The position numbers and the translations under genes were made by a program. A DNA stretch of 33,932 bases from Actinomycetes bacterium (lineage in GTDB: Bacteria > Actinomycetota > Actinomycetes > Streptosporangiales > Streptosporangiaceae): assembly GCA_025964635.1 (NCBI GenBank), contig JAOPYP010000247.1:1-33932 (forward strand). The letters run 5' to 3'. Position 1 is the stretch's first letter. Every line of letters begins with the position of its first letter. The notes beneath the pieces are model-generated. The model was given only the letters and a program-made list of their open reading frames with translations, had not been told where the DNA came from and searched no databases. Below are positions 7,331-16,188 of the stretch, piece after piece.

Positions 7331-8752
7331 ATGTCGCTGCGGACGCGGCTCGCCCTGATCTTCGCGCTCGGCAGTGGCGCGCTGGTGACGGTGGCCGGGC
7401 TGGCCTTCGTGTGGCAGCTGCACACCTCGCTCAGCGCCGCGCTGGACAGCGAGCTGCGGGTGCGTGCGACCGCGCTGGCGGCCCAGCTGGCCACGGGGTC
7501 GCTGCCGACGTTCCCCCCGGCCAGCAGCAATCAGGCCGGCGGCCATGCCGGCCAGTCTCCCGCAGCGGAACAGATCAGCCAGGTTCTCAGGCCTGGCCGC
7601 GGCCCGCTGTACTCGTCGGGCCTGGAAGGCGCCGCGCCGCTGCTCTCCCCGGCCCAGCTCCGCCGCGCGGCCACGGGCCCGCTCACCGTCACCACCGTCA
7701 TCCACGGGGAGCGGCTGCGGCTGCTGGCCAGCGAGGTCCGCTTCCGCCGGCAACCGGCCATCACCGTGGTCGCGGTGCCGACCGACGTCGCTGACACCGC
7801 GCTGGCGCGGGCCCGCCTGGCCCTGGTGATCGCGGCCCCCCTCGCCGTGCTCACCGCCGGGCTGGGCGGCTGGCTGCTGACCGGTGCGGCCTTGCATCCG
7901 GTGGCCCGCATGCGGCGGCGGCTGGAGGAGATCACCGCGCGGGACACGGGCGCCCGGCTGCCGGTCCCGGGGACCGGCGACGAGATCGCCGCCCTGGCCG
8001 TCACCATGAACGGGCTGCTCGACCGGCTTCAGCAGGCCCTGGCCCGGCAGCGCGCGTTCACCGCCGATGCCGGTCACGAGCTGCGCACACCGCTGACCGC
8101 GCTCAAGGCCGAGCTGGAACTGGCGGCCCGGCCGGGCCGGTCACGCGATGCGCTGGCCGCCGCCGTGGGGGCGGCCGCCAGCGACACCGACCGGCTGATC
8201 CGGCTGGCCGAGGATCTCCTGCTGCTGGCGGGCACCGACGAAGGCACGGCTTCCCTGGTCCGGGAAAGGACCGACATCTCCAGCGAGCTGCACGCGGCCG
8301 CGCGCCGGTTCGCGACCGCGGCCGCCGGCCGGGAGGTGGCCATCTCCGTGCAGGCGAACGGGCCGCTGCCGGTCAGCGCCGACCCGGGCCGGATGCGGCA
8401 GGTGCTCGACAACCTCCTCGGCAACGCCCTCCGGCACGCCCCGCCCGGAAGCACGGTCGAGATGACCGGCCGTCCCGCCCCGGCCGTCAGGCCGGGCGGT
8501 GGGCAGCGGCGGGTGGTCGCGGTCGAGGTCCGCGATCACGGGCCGGGCTTCCCGCCCGACTTCCTCCCGCAGGCGTTCGGGCGGTTCCAGCGGGCCGACC
8601 GGGCCCGCAGCCGGGCCGATGGTGGCACGGGCCTGGGACTGGCCATCGTGGCGTCCATCGTCCGCGCGCACGGGGGGACGGCGATCGCGGGCAACGACCC
8701 AGGCGGAGGAGCCCGGATCCGGATCGAACTCCCCCTCGATTCAGGGCAGTGA
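7331..8752 (+). CDS. Sensor histidine kinase (pair 1)
   Basis: Track ORF 7190..8752 trimmed to the ATG at 7331, 8 nt after the RR stop. Two TM segments flank an extracytoplasmic domain of about 130 aa. HAMP region, H-box AGHELRTPL, N-box DNLLGNALRHAP, G1 DHGPGF and G2 GTGLGLAIV. Confidence 0.9.
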   Translation: MSLRTRLALIFALGSGALVTVAGLAFVWQLHTSLSAALDSELRVRATALAAQLATGSLPTFPPASSNQAGGHAGQSPAAEQISQVLRPGRGPLYSSGLEGAAPLLSPAQLRRAATGPLTVTTVIHGERLRLLASEVRFRRQPAITVVAVPTDVADTALARARLALVIAAPLAVLTAGLGGWLLTGAALHPVARMRRRLEEITARDTGARLPVPGTGDEIAALAVTMNGLLDRLQQALARQRAFTADAGHELRTPLTALKAELELAARPGRSRDALAAAVGAAASDTDRLIRLAEDLLLLAGTDEGTASLVRERTDISSELHAAARRFATAAAGREVAISVQANGPLPVSADPGRMRQVLDNLLGNALRHAPPGSTVEMTGRPAPAVRPGGGQRRVVAVEVRDHGPGFPPDFLPQAFGRFQRADRARSRADGGTGLGLAIVASIVRAHGGTAIAGNDPGGGARIRIELPLDSGQ

Positions 8753-8868
8753 CCAGGACAGAAGCGCCCTCATGTCAGTTCTCACATCGCTCTCAAACGG
8801 TCATTACATGGCCGGTGACGCACGCTCATCAGTGTCAGTAGGAATCACGCACTGAAAGGTGACACGTC

Positions 8869-9222
8869 ATGAGGATCACGCCAAAGATCGCCGCCTTCGC
8901 TGTCGCGGGCCTCGCCCTGGCCGCACCGGCGACCGCCATGGCCGCCAGTAACGGCGCGGCCCAGCACACCGGCGCCTCGCACTCGGTGGTGGCCAGCTCC
9001 GAGCCGGCCGGCCCGGATCACGACAGCATCCAGCAGGGCGACCAGACCAGCCCCGACACCGCGTCGGGGACGGTCAAGACGACGAGCAGCACGCCCACCC
9101 CCGAGCCGTCCTCCTCCGAAGGGGAGTCCAGCACGGGGAGCGAGTCGAGCGTCTCGGACGGCCCGGGCGGCCACGCCGACGCGTCGGGGAACGTGCAGTA
9201 CGAGTTCAACGGGGTCCAGTAA
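8869..9222 (+). CDS. Small secreted acidic Ser/Thr/Pro/Gly-rich protein, unknown function
   Basis: Full track ORF with a GAAAGGTG RBS. Sec signal MRITPKIAAFAVAGLALAAPATAMA with an AXA cleavage site. The mature part of about 90 aa is low-complexity, contains five His, and ends in GGHADASGNVQYEFNGVQ. A strong terminator follows. Confidence 0.65.
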   Translation: MRITPKIAAFAVAGLALAAPATAMAASNGAAQHTGASHSVVASSEPAGPDHDSIQQGDQTSPDTASGTVKTTSSTPTPEPSSSEGESSTGSESSVSDGPGGHADASGNVQYEFNGVQ

Positions 9223-9266
9223 CCCCGCCCCGGACTCCCGCCCGGCGCACGGCGACCGGGTAAGCC

Positions 9267-9307
9267 CAGGTGCGGGCGGCGAGCCTCAGGCTCGCCGCCC
9301 GCACCTG
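9267..9307. terminator. Bidirectional intrinsic terminator (perfect 19-bp stem)
   Basis: CAGGTGCGGGCGGCGAGCC (9267-9285), tca, GGCTCGCCGCCCGCACCTG (9289-9307). Located between the convergent genes ending at 9222 (+) and 9313 (-). Confidence 0.7.
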
Positions 9308-9312
9308 CGTGA

Positions 9313-11979
9313 TCAGAGGTCCCGCATGATGTCGGCGGCGGGCCGGCGTATCGCGCGGATGACGCTGACCCCGGTAGCCACGACGGCCCCGCAGGTCACG
9401 CCGCCCAGAGCGGCCAGATAGGCCCAGGGGACGAACAGGTGCGGTGGCGGCGGGTCGAACACCCCGGTCAGGATCTTCGTGATGATGAACGACAGTGCCC
9501 AGCCGGACAGCACACCCAGCAGGGCGCCGCCGATCGTCACGAAGACGGCCTCGCTCCACACGAACGAGGCGAGCTGGCGGGATCGTGCGCCCAGTGCGGC
9601 GGCGATCGCGAACGTGCGGCGCCGCTCGACCAGCCCGAGCGCCAGCACCAGGCCAGATGCCGCGGCCGCCAGGAGGAAGGCGAACGCCAGCTCCAGCCGG
9701 GTCAGGCCGGACAGGTCCAGCGCGGTCAGGCCGGACAGCGTGACCCTGAGCTGGGTGTTGATGTCCTGGACGACCGCCCCGGACGCCGGGCCCAGGATCC
9801 GCCGGACCTCCCGGGCCACCGCCGGGGGAGAGCCATTGGCCCGGACGAGCAGGTCCTGGTACGCCGGCGATCCGGTGGCCCGGGCCACATAAGAAGCGTT
9901 AGCGATGAAAAAGGAGTCCTTGGGTGCCGTGGGGAACTCCCGGACCACGCCCGCATAGTGGAAGGGAACGATGTGGTAGGTGTGATCCCGGGCGGACTGC
10001 ATCCGCAGCCGGAGCAGGTCACCCGGCCGGAGCTGGTAGTTGACCACGGTCTCCTGCGAGACCAGCACCGCGTCGGGATGCGCGGCCAGGGTGGCGAGCA
10101 CCCCGGCGGCGTTGCCGCCCTGGAAGAAGGCATCTGACATCGGCGTGGCCGTGCCGATGCGCGTGGGGTTGATCCCGTACAGGTCCTGCAGGTCGTTCCC
10201 GACGTACGCGAACCGGTGCATCATCGGCTGCACCGCGGCGACGCCGTTCAGCCGGCTGGTCGCGGCCAGCGCCCCCGGGGGCAGGCCGGTCGCGGCGGTG
10301 GTGGCGGCCGTCACATCCGCCCCGTTCGTGAGCTGGGCGTCGACCCGCGACTGCTGGGAGTAGGTCGTGTTGAAGATCGCCGTGGACACCGCGAACGAGG
10401 CCGTCAGCCCGATGATCATGAGACCGCGGGACAGCAGCCGCCGCTGCCGCGACATGGAGGCGGCCACCACCCCGGCCAGTTCACCCGCCAGCGGCCGGGT
10501 GGCCCGGGCCAGCAGGGGCCGCCCGCGGCTGAGGACCGCGGTGGAGATCCGCCAGGACAGCAGCGCCGCCCCGACCCAGAGCGCCAGCGGCGCCAGGAAC
10601 GTCGAGTAGTTCACCGAGATCGTCGCGACGCCTTCGGGGGCCAGCACGACCTGATACCCGCTCCGGACCGACTGCCAGAAAATGACCCCGGCCAGCGCCA
10701 GCAGCCAGACGTCCAGGTACAGCCGGGCCCACAGCGGGCGGCGGCCCCGCCCGACGACCCCGCGCGCGCCGCGTCCCGACAGGGAGCGGGCGTCCTTCCA
10801 CGCGGGGAGGCCGATGGTCAGCGCGGCCAGGATCAGCCCGGCGAGCGCCGCCACCGCGGCCCAGGCGACCGCCTGCCCCAGCGTCGAGCCGAATCGCGAG
10901 GCGCCGAACGTGAGCCGGCTGGCCAGTACGGCACCGGCCAGGCCGATGCCCGAACCGAGCACGCCGACCAGCAGGGCCTCGGCCCCGGCCAGCCCCACGA
11001 TGGTGCGTGGCGAGGCGCCCCGGATCCGCAGCAGCGCCTGCTCCCGGCGCCGCCGTTCCCCGCCCGCCGCGCCGATGACGGAGGTGAGCAGCGCGGCGAG
11101 GACCGCACCCGGCAGCCCGAGGAACAGGAACAGCAGTTCCGCGTACACCGCGTCGCCGCGGGCCGCGTCGAGCTGGGCGCTCAGGTTGTCACCGACGAGA
11201 CCGCCGCCGACCAGCTTCGCCTCGAGGTTCTTGGCCCGGGCCATGACATCCGCGAAGGCCGTCGCGGGATCGGGGGACAGGGCGGGCGACAGCTTGACGT
11301 GGTACTGGGTGGTCACCGCCGCGGGCTGGGTGCGCTGCAGCGGCGCGAACGCGGCCTGCCACTGCGCGGCCGGGAGCAGCACGACGTTGTCCGGGGGCGC
11401 CTGCGGCGCCGCCCCCGGAACCACGCCGACCGCCTGGAACATCGAGTCCGCGGCGGGCAGGTCCACGATGCCCTGGACCGGGACCCGCAGCGGCGGCAGC
11501 CCCTGCCGCCCGATGCTGATGACCGAGCCGATGGTCGCATGCAGGTTCGCGGCGGTCTGCTGGGCGAGCAGCACCCCGCTGCGCGCCCCGAGCAGGGGCC
11601 GGATCTCGCCCGGGAAGGCGCCCGCGTAGCCGGGGGGCAGGCCGAGCACCTTGCCGGGCCCGGTGGTCTGGACCGTCCCGGCGGATGAGGCGGTGATCCC
11701 GGTCGTCGGGGCGTAGCCGACCGGCACGCTCCTGACGACGCCCGGGGCGGACGCGATCGTCCGGCCGGCCGTGGCCGGATTCGTGCCGGGCGCGAGCTGA
11801 ACCTGCCAGTCCACGATCACGCCCGCGACGGCCTGCTTGGTCATGTGCGCCTTGCTCGAGGCGAAGAACGCGCCGAGTGAGCCGAGCAGGGCCACGGCGA
11901 TGGCGACCCCGATCACGGCGCCCGCCAAACGGGCCGGCCTGCGCTTGAGCAGGCCCCACAGCCAGGTCAGAGCGTACAT
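9313..11979 (-). CDS. ABC transporter permease with two fused FtsX/MacB-type modules (about 10 TM, two large extracytoplasmic domains)
   Basis: Full track ORF, 888 aa. N-terminal TM, then an extracytoplasmic domain of about 250 aa, three TM, further TM segments, a second extracytoplasmic domain of about 230 aa, and a C-terminal three-TM FtsX module. The start overlaps the stop of the upstream ATPase by 13 nt. Confidence 0.85.
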   Translation of the reverse strand: MYALTWLWGLLKRRPARLAGAVIGVAIAVALLGSLGAFFASSKAHMTKQAVAGVIVDWQVQLAPGTNPATAGRTIASAPGVVRSVPVGYAPTTGITASSAGTVQTTGPGKVLGLPPGYAGAFPGEIRPLLGARSGVLLAQQTAANLHATIGSVISIGRQGLPPLRVPVQGIVDLPAADSMFQAVGVVPGAAPQAPPDNVVLLPAAQWQAAFAPLQRTQPAAVTTQYHVKLSPALSPDPATAFADVMARAKNLEAKLVGGGLVGDNLSAQLDAARGDAVYAELLFLFLGLPGAVLAALLTSVIGAAGGERRRREQALLRIRGASPRTIVGLAGAEALLVGVLGSGIGLAGAVLASRLTFGASRFGSTLGQAVAWAAVAALAGLILAALTIGLPAWKDARSLSGRGARGVVGRGRRPLWARLYLDVWLLALAGVIFWQSVRSGYQVVLAPEGVATISVNYSTFLAPLALWVGAALLSWRISTAVLSRGRPLLARATRPLAGELAGVVAASMSRQRRLLSRGLMIIGLTASFAVSTAIFNTTYSQQSRVDAQLTNGADVTAATTAATGLPPGALAATSRLNGVAAVQPMMHRFAYVGNDLQDLYGINPTRIGTATPMSDAFFQGGNAAGVLATLAAHPDAVLVSQETVVNYQLRPGDLLRLRMQSARDHTYHIVPFHYAGVVREFPTAPKDSFFIANASYVARATGSPAYQDLLVRANGSPPAVAREVRRILGPASGAVVQDINTQLRVTLSGLTALDLSGLTRLELAFAFLLAAAASGLVLALGLVERRRTFAIAAALGARSRQLASFVWSEAVFVTIGGALLGVLSGWALSFIITKILTGVFDPPPPHLFVPWAYLAALGGVTCGAVVATGVSVIRAIRRPAADIMRDL

Positions 11980-12641
11980 GAGGTTCCCGTCTGGAGAATT
12001 CGCTCGGTCATGGTCCAGCGCAGCGGCAGCCGGTCGGCCATGGCCTGGTCGTGGGTGGCGACGACCAGCGCCGTGCCGGCCGCCTCGACGTGGCGGAACA
12101 GCACGTCCATCAGCCCCGCCGCGGCGGCGCGGTCCAGCTGCCCGGTCGGCTCGTCGGCCAGGATCAGCCGTGGTTCACCCATCAGCGCCCGGGCCATGCC
12201 GGCCCGCTGGGCCTGGCCGCCGGAGATCTCCTCGGGCAGCTTCGACGCCACCTCGGCCAGCCCGAGCTGCTCGATTAGGGCCTGGGCCGCCGCCGCGGCC
12301 GTGGCCTCCGCGGTGCCCGCGAGCAGCGCCGGCAGGGCCACGTTCTCGGCCACCGTGAGCGGGGGCAGCAGGCTGGGTCCCTGGAAGGCCAGGGCGACCG
12401 GGCCGGGCCGGAGATCCTCGGCCCGTCCGAGGGCGGGCCACTCGATGACCCCGGCCGACGGCTGGTCCAGCGCCGCGATTATGTGCAGCAGGGACGTCTT
12501 GCCGCTGCCGGACGGCCCGACCAGGGCGATGCGGTCGCCCGCGCAGATCTCGAACGTCGCGTCCGCGACCGCGACCACCGGGCGCTGGCCGTTGCCGAAC
12601 TCGCGCCGGAGCCCCTTGGCGCGCACCAGGACGTCATTCAT
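11967..12641 (-). CDS. ABC transporter ATP-binding protein (LolD/MacB-NBD type), copy B
   Basis: Full track ORF. Walker A GPSGSGKTS, Q-loop AFQGPSL, signature ISGGQAQR, Walker B LILADEPTGQLD, H-loop VVATHD. Overlaps the neighbouring genes on both sides. Confidence 0.9.
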   Translation of the reverse strand: MNDVLVRAKGLRREFGNGQRPVVAVADATFEICAGDRIALVGPSGSGKTSLLHIIAALDQPSAGVIEWPALGRAEDLRPGPVALAFQGPSLLPPLTVAENVALPALLAGTAEATAAAAAQALIEQLGLAEVASKLPEEISGGQAQRAGMARALMGEPRLILADEPTGQLDRAAAAGLMDVLFRHVEAAGTALVVATHDQAMADRLPLRWTMTERILQTGTSCTL

Positions 12642-13398
12642 CGGTGACCCTTCCGTCGACCATCCGCACGATCCGGTCGGCGGACGCGGCTACCCGCTCG
12701 CTGTGCGTCACGACCAGGACCGCTTTCCCGCGGTCCGCCCGGCCGCGCAGCAGCTCCAGTACCTGGGCCTCGGCCTGCCGGTCCACCTCACCGGTGGGCT
12801 CGTCGGCCAGCAGGACCGGCGGATCGTTAGCCATGGCCACGGCCAGGCCGGCCCGGGCGCTTTCGCCGCCGGACAGGGTGCTCGGCCGGGCCGAGGCGCG
12901 CTCTCCCAGGCCCACGTCGTCGAGCAGGGTCTGCCCGTCGGGACGGCTCCGCCCACCAGCCCCGGGGCCGCTCCAGGTCCCGGACTCTGGGTGGCCTCGC
13001 GGCTCCCCCACCGGTTCCTTCACCACCGGTTCCTTCACCACCAGGGCCTGCGCGGCCCGGATGTTCTGCACCACGCTGAGGTGCTCCAGGAGGTTGCCCG
13101 ACTGCAGCAGCATGCCGATCCACCGGGCCCGCAGCCTGGCCCGGGTGGCTTCGTCCCGCCGGCTGATCCGCTGCCCGGCGATCGTCACGTGCCCGCCGTC
13201 CGGCTCGTCCAGCCCGGCCAGGCAGGCCAGCAGGGTCGACTTCCCGCTCCCGGACGGGCCGACCACGGCGACCATCTCGCCCGCGTGCACGCTGACGGAC
13301 ACCCCGCGCAGCGCGAAGGTCTCGTCGTCACCGATGTGGTAGAAGCGGTACAGTTCGCGCCCGTCGATCAGCGGCCGGGCCTGCGCGGTTACTTCCAC
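12634..13398 (-). CDS. ABC transporter ATP-binding protein (LolD/MacB-NBD type), copy A, with a low-complexity insertion
   Basis: Track ORF 12634..13704 trimmed to the GTG at 13396-13398 (VEVTAQARPLIDGRELYRFY...), which overlaps the lipoprotein stop by 10 nt. Walker [11 protein letters not shown]-loop LLQSGNL, signature LSGGESAR, Walker B VLLADEPTGEVD, H-loop VVTHS. Confidence 0.85.
   Translation of the reverse strand: MEVTAQARPLIDGRELYRFYHIGDDETFALRGVSVSVHAGEMVAVVGPSGSGKSTLLACLAGLDEPDGGHVTIAGQRISRRDEATRARLRARWIGMLLQSGNLLEHLSVVQNIRAAQALVVKEPVVKEPVGEPRGHPESGTWSGPGAGGRSRPDGQTLLDDVGLGERASARPSTLSGGESARAGLAVAMANDPPVLLADEPTGEVDRQAEAQVLELLRGRADRGKAVLVVTHSERVAASADRIVRMVDGRVTDE
13009..13042 (-). repeat. 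In-frame 15-bp tandem duplication (about 2.3 units) encoding VVKEP-VVKEP-V inside ATPase copy A
   Basis: The plus strand reads caccggttccttcac caccggttccttcac cacc. Confidence 0.9.
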
Positions 13399-14066
13399 CG
13401 GAAACTCTCCGAGACGATGCGCCACGGATCGACGTTGTCCGACCCGACCGCGGACGACAGGTCGATGACGGCCCCCCGTCCGTGGCGGTAGAGCTCGAAC
13501 CGCTCGATCACCAGCCGGTACTGCCGTCCGGTGACCCCGTTGGGCGGGCTGTTGACCTGGTAGATGGTCTCGACCGCCGGGCCGCCGGCCAGCTTCACGG
13601 CCCGCACCGACTGCAGCCGGAAGGCCAGGGACTTGGCCTTCAGCGCCGGGACGGCGGTGGCCTGGACGGAGTGGACCGTGGGCGGGGCGGCCAGGGGCAT
13701 CCACGCGACGCTGATGGAGTTCAGGTTGCTGGTGAACGTCGAGCTGGCCGGGGTGGTCTTCCGCGACCAGCCCTCGGGCACCTTGATCAGGAGATGCCCG
13801 GGTGGCGACTGGTAGGTCACGTAGACGGTGGTGTCCGGGATGTCCCCGGGAGGGTTGCTCTCGGCGGCGACCGGGGCCTGGGAACCGCCCGGGCCCGGGC
13901 TGGAGGTGCCCGGGGTGGAGGGGGCCGGGGCGGAGGCCTTGGTGGTCCCGGCCACGGGGGTGGCGGACCCGGAGTTCCCGCAGGCGGCCAGCGCGGAGAG
14001 GAGACCCGCTGCGGTCAGGGCGATGCCCAGCCGCCGGGCCATGGGTGGGTTGCTGCTATCAGGCAT
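13389..14066 (-). CDS. Lipoprotein of unknown function (operon partner of the ABC system)
   Basis: Full track ORF; an alternative ATG lies at 14042. Lipobox LLSALAAC followed by a Pro/Ser/Thr-rich linker and a globular domain of about 140 aa. Its stop overlaps the ATPase start. Confidence 0.75.
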   Translation of the reverse strand: MPDSSNPPMARRLGIALTAAGLLSALAACGNSGSATPVAGTTKASAPAPSTPGTSSPGPGGSQAPVAAESNPPGDIPDTTVYVTYQSPPGHLLIKVPEGWSRKTTPASSTFTSNLNSISVAWMPLAAPPTVHSVQATAVPALKAKSLAFRLQSVRAVKLAGGPAVETIYQVNSPPNGVTGRQYRLVIERFELYRHGRGAVIDLSSAVGSDNVDPWRIVSESFRWK

Positions 14067-14067
14067 G

Positions 14068-14085
14068 CCCCGGTTTTTACCGGGG
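14068..14085 (-). other. Short hairpin CCCCGG-TTTTTA-CCGGGG between HK2 and the lipoprotein gene
   Basis: Read directly: 6-bp GC stem with a 6-nt A/T loop, 2 nt upstream of the first possible lipoprotein ATG. Possible attenuator or processing site. Confidence 0.3.
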
Positions 14086-14122
14086 GGCAGATGAAGCGAC
14101 GATGAAGCCGCCGCGGCCCGGA

Positions 14123-15523
14123 TCAGCCGGAGGAGGCTGAGGCGGAACTCAGGCCGGCGCTGGGAACCGGCAGACGATCGAGGGCCAGGATCATGGTGAC
14201 CCGGGCCCCGCCCGGCACGTTCTCCGCGGTGGCCCTCCCGCCGTGCGCCCGCGCTACCGCCTGGACGATGGCCAGTCCCAGCCCGGCCCCAGAGTGCGAC
14301 GTGACGTCAGTCTCACCCCGGACGAACGCCTCGAACGCCCGGGGCAGCAGGGCATCGCCGAAACCCGGTCCGGTGTTCTCCATCCGGACCGTCGCCACCT
14401 CACCGGACACGGTCGCGCCGACCCGGATCAGCCCGCCGGTCTCCGGGCCGTAGCGGATCGCGTTGTCCAGCAGGTTGTCGAGCGCCTGGCGGACCCGCAT
14501 GGGATCGACCGGGATCTCCATCGCCGGGGCGGCGCACTCGATCCGCACCCCCCGGTCCTGGGCCCGTGCCCGGTGGCCCGCGCAGGCGCGGCTGAGCAGA
14601 TCCTGCAGGGAGGTGCTCATCCGGTGGATGCGGAAGCCGCCCGCCCGGGCCCGGGACAGCACCAGCAGGTCCTCGGCCAGCCGGGCCAGCCGGTCGGTCT
14701 CCTCTGACGCGCTCCGCAAGGCCGCTTCGAGCTCCCGGGCCTCCCGGGGACGCGACAAGGTCAGGTCCAGTTCGGCCTTCAGGATGCTGAGCGGCGTCCG
14801 CAGTTCGTGGCTCGCGTCATCGAGCACGCGCTGTTCCCGGTCTCTCGCGTCCTGCAGCCGGTCGAGGAGCGAGTTCAGGGTCCGGCCCAGCCGGGCGATC
14901 TCGTCTTTCGCGGCCGGTACCGGGAGTCGCCGGCTGGGCTGGGACACCGAGATCGCGGCGGCCTCCCGGCGCATGCGCTCGACGGGCCGCAAGGCGGCCC
15001 CGGCCAGCACCCAGGCGGCCAGGCAGGCCAGGGCCAGCGCAGCCGGGCCGGCCGTCTCCAGCAGCAGCCGGAGGCTGGCCAGCGTCTGGCTGACCTCGGT
15101 CATGGCCGACCCGACCACCACGAAGAGCGGCTGCCCCTCGGTGGTCGGCAGGACGAACGCCCGGAGGACGGGGCGGCCCGGCGCCGCGGGGATGGCCATG
15201 AACTGCGGTTCGCGGATGGCCCGCAGCGCCGCAGCGGACAGGGTCGGTCCCGCGAGCCCGCGGGATATCTGCACCTGGCCGGCGGGCGTGAGGATCTGGG
15301 TCAGGCCGCCAGCCCAGCTGTCGGGTGTATCCAGGCCGGCCGGCCCGGCCCGGCCGATCCCCGAGGCGATCACCTCCGCCCGGGTCCGCAGCGCGGAATC
15401 GGCGGTCCGGACCAGCTCCGCCTGCAGCCGCGCGTACACGAAGAAGCTGAGCGCCGCGAGGATCAGGGCGATGCTCGCCGCCGAGGCCAGCGTGACCCGG
15501 ACGCGGAGCGGGACGCGCCTCAT
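14123..15523 (-). CDS. Sensor histidine kinase (pair 2)
   Basis: Full track ORF. Its ATG overlaps the RR2 stop (ATGA). Same architecture as HK1: two TM segments, extracytoplasmic domain, HAMP, H-box ASHELRTPL, N-box DNLLDNAIRYGP, G2 GAGLGLAIV. Confidence 0.9.
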   Translation of the reverse strand: MRRVPLRVRVTLASAASIALILAALSFFVYARLQAELVRTADSALRTRAEVIASGIGRAGPAGLDTPDSWAGGLTQILTPAGQVQISRGLAGPTLSAAALRAIREPQFMAIPAAPGRPVLRAFVLPTTEGQPLFVVVGSAMTEVSQTLASLRLLLETAGPAALALACLAAWVLAGAALRPVERMRREAAAISVSQPSRRLPVPAAKDEIARLGRTLNSLLDRLQDARDREQRVLDDASHELRTPLSILKAELDLTLSRPREARELEAALRSASEETDRLARLAEDLLVLSRARAGGFRIHRMSTSLQDLLSRACAGHRARAQDRGVRIECAAPAMEIPVDPMRVRQALDNLLDNAIRYGPETGGLIRVGATVSGEVATVRMENTGPGFGDALLPRAFEAFVRGETDVTSHSGAGLGLAIVQAVARAHGGRATAENVPGGARVTMILALDRLPVPSAGLSSASASSG

Positions 15524-16188
15524 GCGCGGAGCCGGTAGCCCGCGCCGCGGATGGTCTCGATCGACTGCGTGCCGAAGGGCCGGTCGATCTTGTCCCGCAG
15601 GATCCGCACGTACACGTCCACGACGTTCGAGTCACCCGCGCCCGCGAAGTCCCAGACGTGCTCCAGGAATCTCGCCCGGGAGATCACCTGGGCCGGGTGC
15701 CGCATGAAGTACTCGAGGATGGCGAATTCCTTGGCCGCCAGGCTGATCGCCGTGGTTCCCCGGCAGACCGTGCGCGCCGCGGGGTCGAGCCGGAGGTCGC
15801 CCACCGCCAGGATGGCCGGCCGCTCGCCCGGGTTGCGCCGGACCAGGGCCCTGACCCGGGCCCGGAGTTCCTCGATGCTGAACGGCTTCGTGAGGTAGTC
15901 GTCGGCGCCGACGTCCAGGCCGCGCACCCGGTCCGGGACTGCCTCGCGGGCGGTCAGCATGAGGATCGGCATCCAGCGCGCCCGTTCCCGGAGCTGCCGG
16001 CAGACGTCGAAGCCGTCGATATCCGGCAGCCCGATGTCCAGGATGACCGCGTCGAAGTCGCACTCGCTGGCCATCCACACGGCCTCGTTGCCGGTGGCCT
16101 GGACGTCGACCGCGTACCCGTCCTCACGGAACGCCCGCTGCAGCAGGGTCGCCATCTTGGCTGTGTCCTCGACGACTAGGAGGCGCAC
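15520..16188 (-). CDS. OmpR/PhoB-family response regulator (pair 2)
   Basis: Track ORF 15520..16233 trimmed to the GTG at 16186-16188, which is preceded by GGGGAGG. Roughly half of its positions are identical to RR1 by eye ([37 protein letters not shown]). Confidence 0.9.
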   Translation of the reverse strand: MRLLVVEDTAKMATLLQRAFREDGYAVDVQATGNEAVWMASECDFDAVILDIGLPDIDGFDVCRQLRERARWMPILMLTAREAVPDRVRGLDVGADDYLTKPFSIEELRARVRALVRRNPGERPAILAVGDLRLDPAARTVCRGTTAISLAAKEFAILEYFMRHPAQVISRARFLEHVWDFAGAGDSNVVDVYVRILRDKIDRPFGTQSIETIRGAGYRLRA

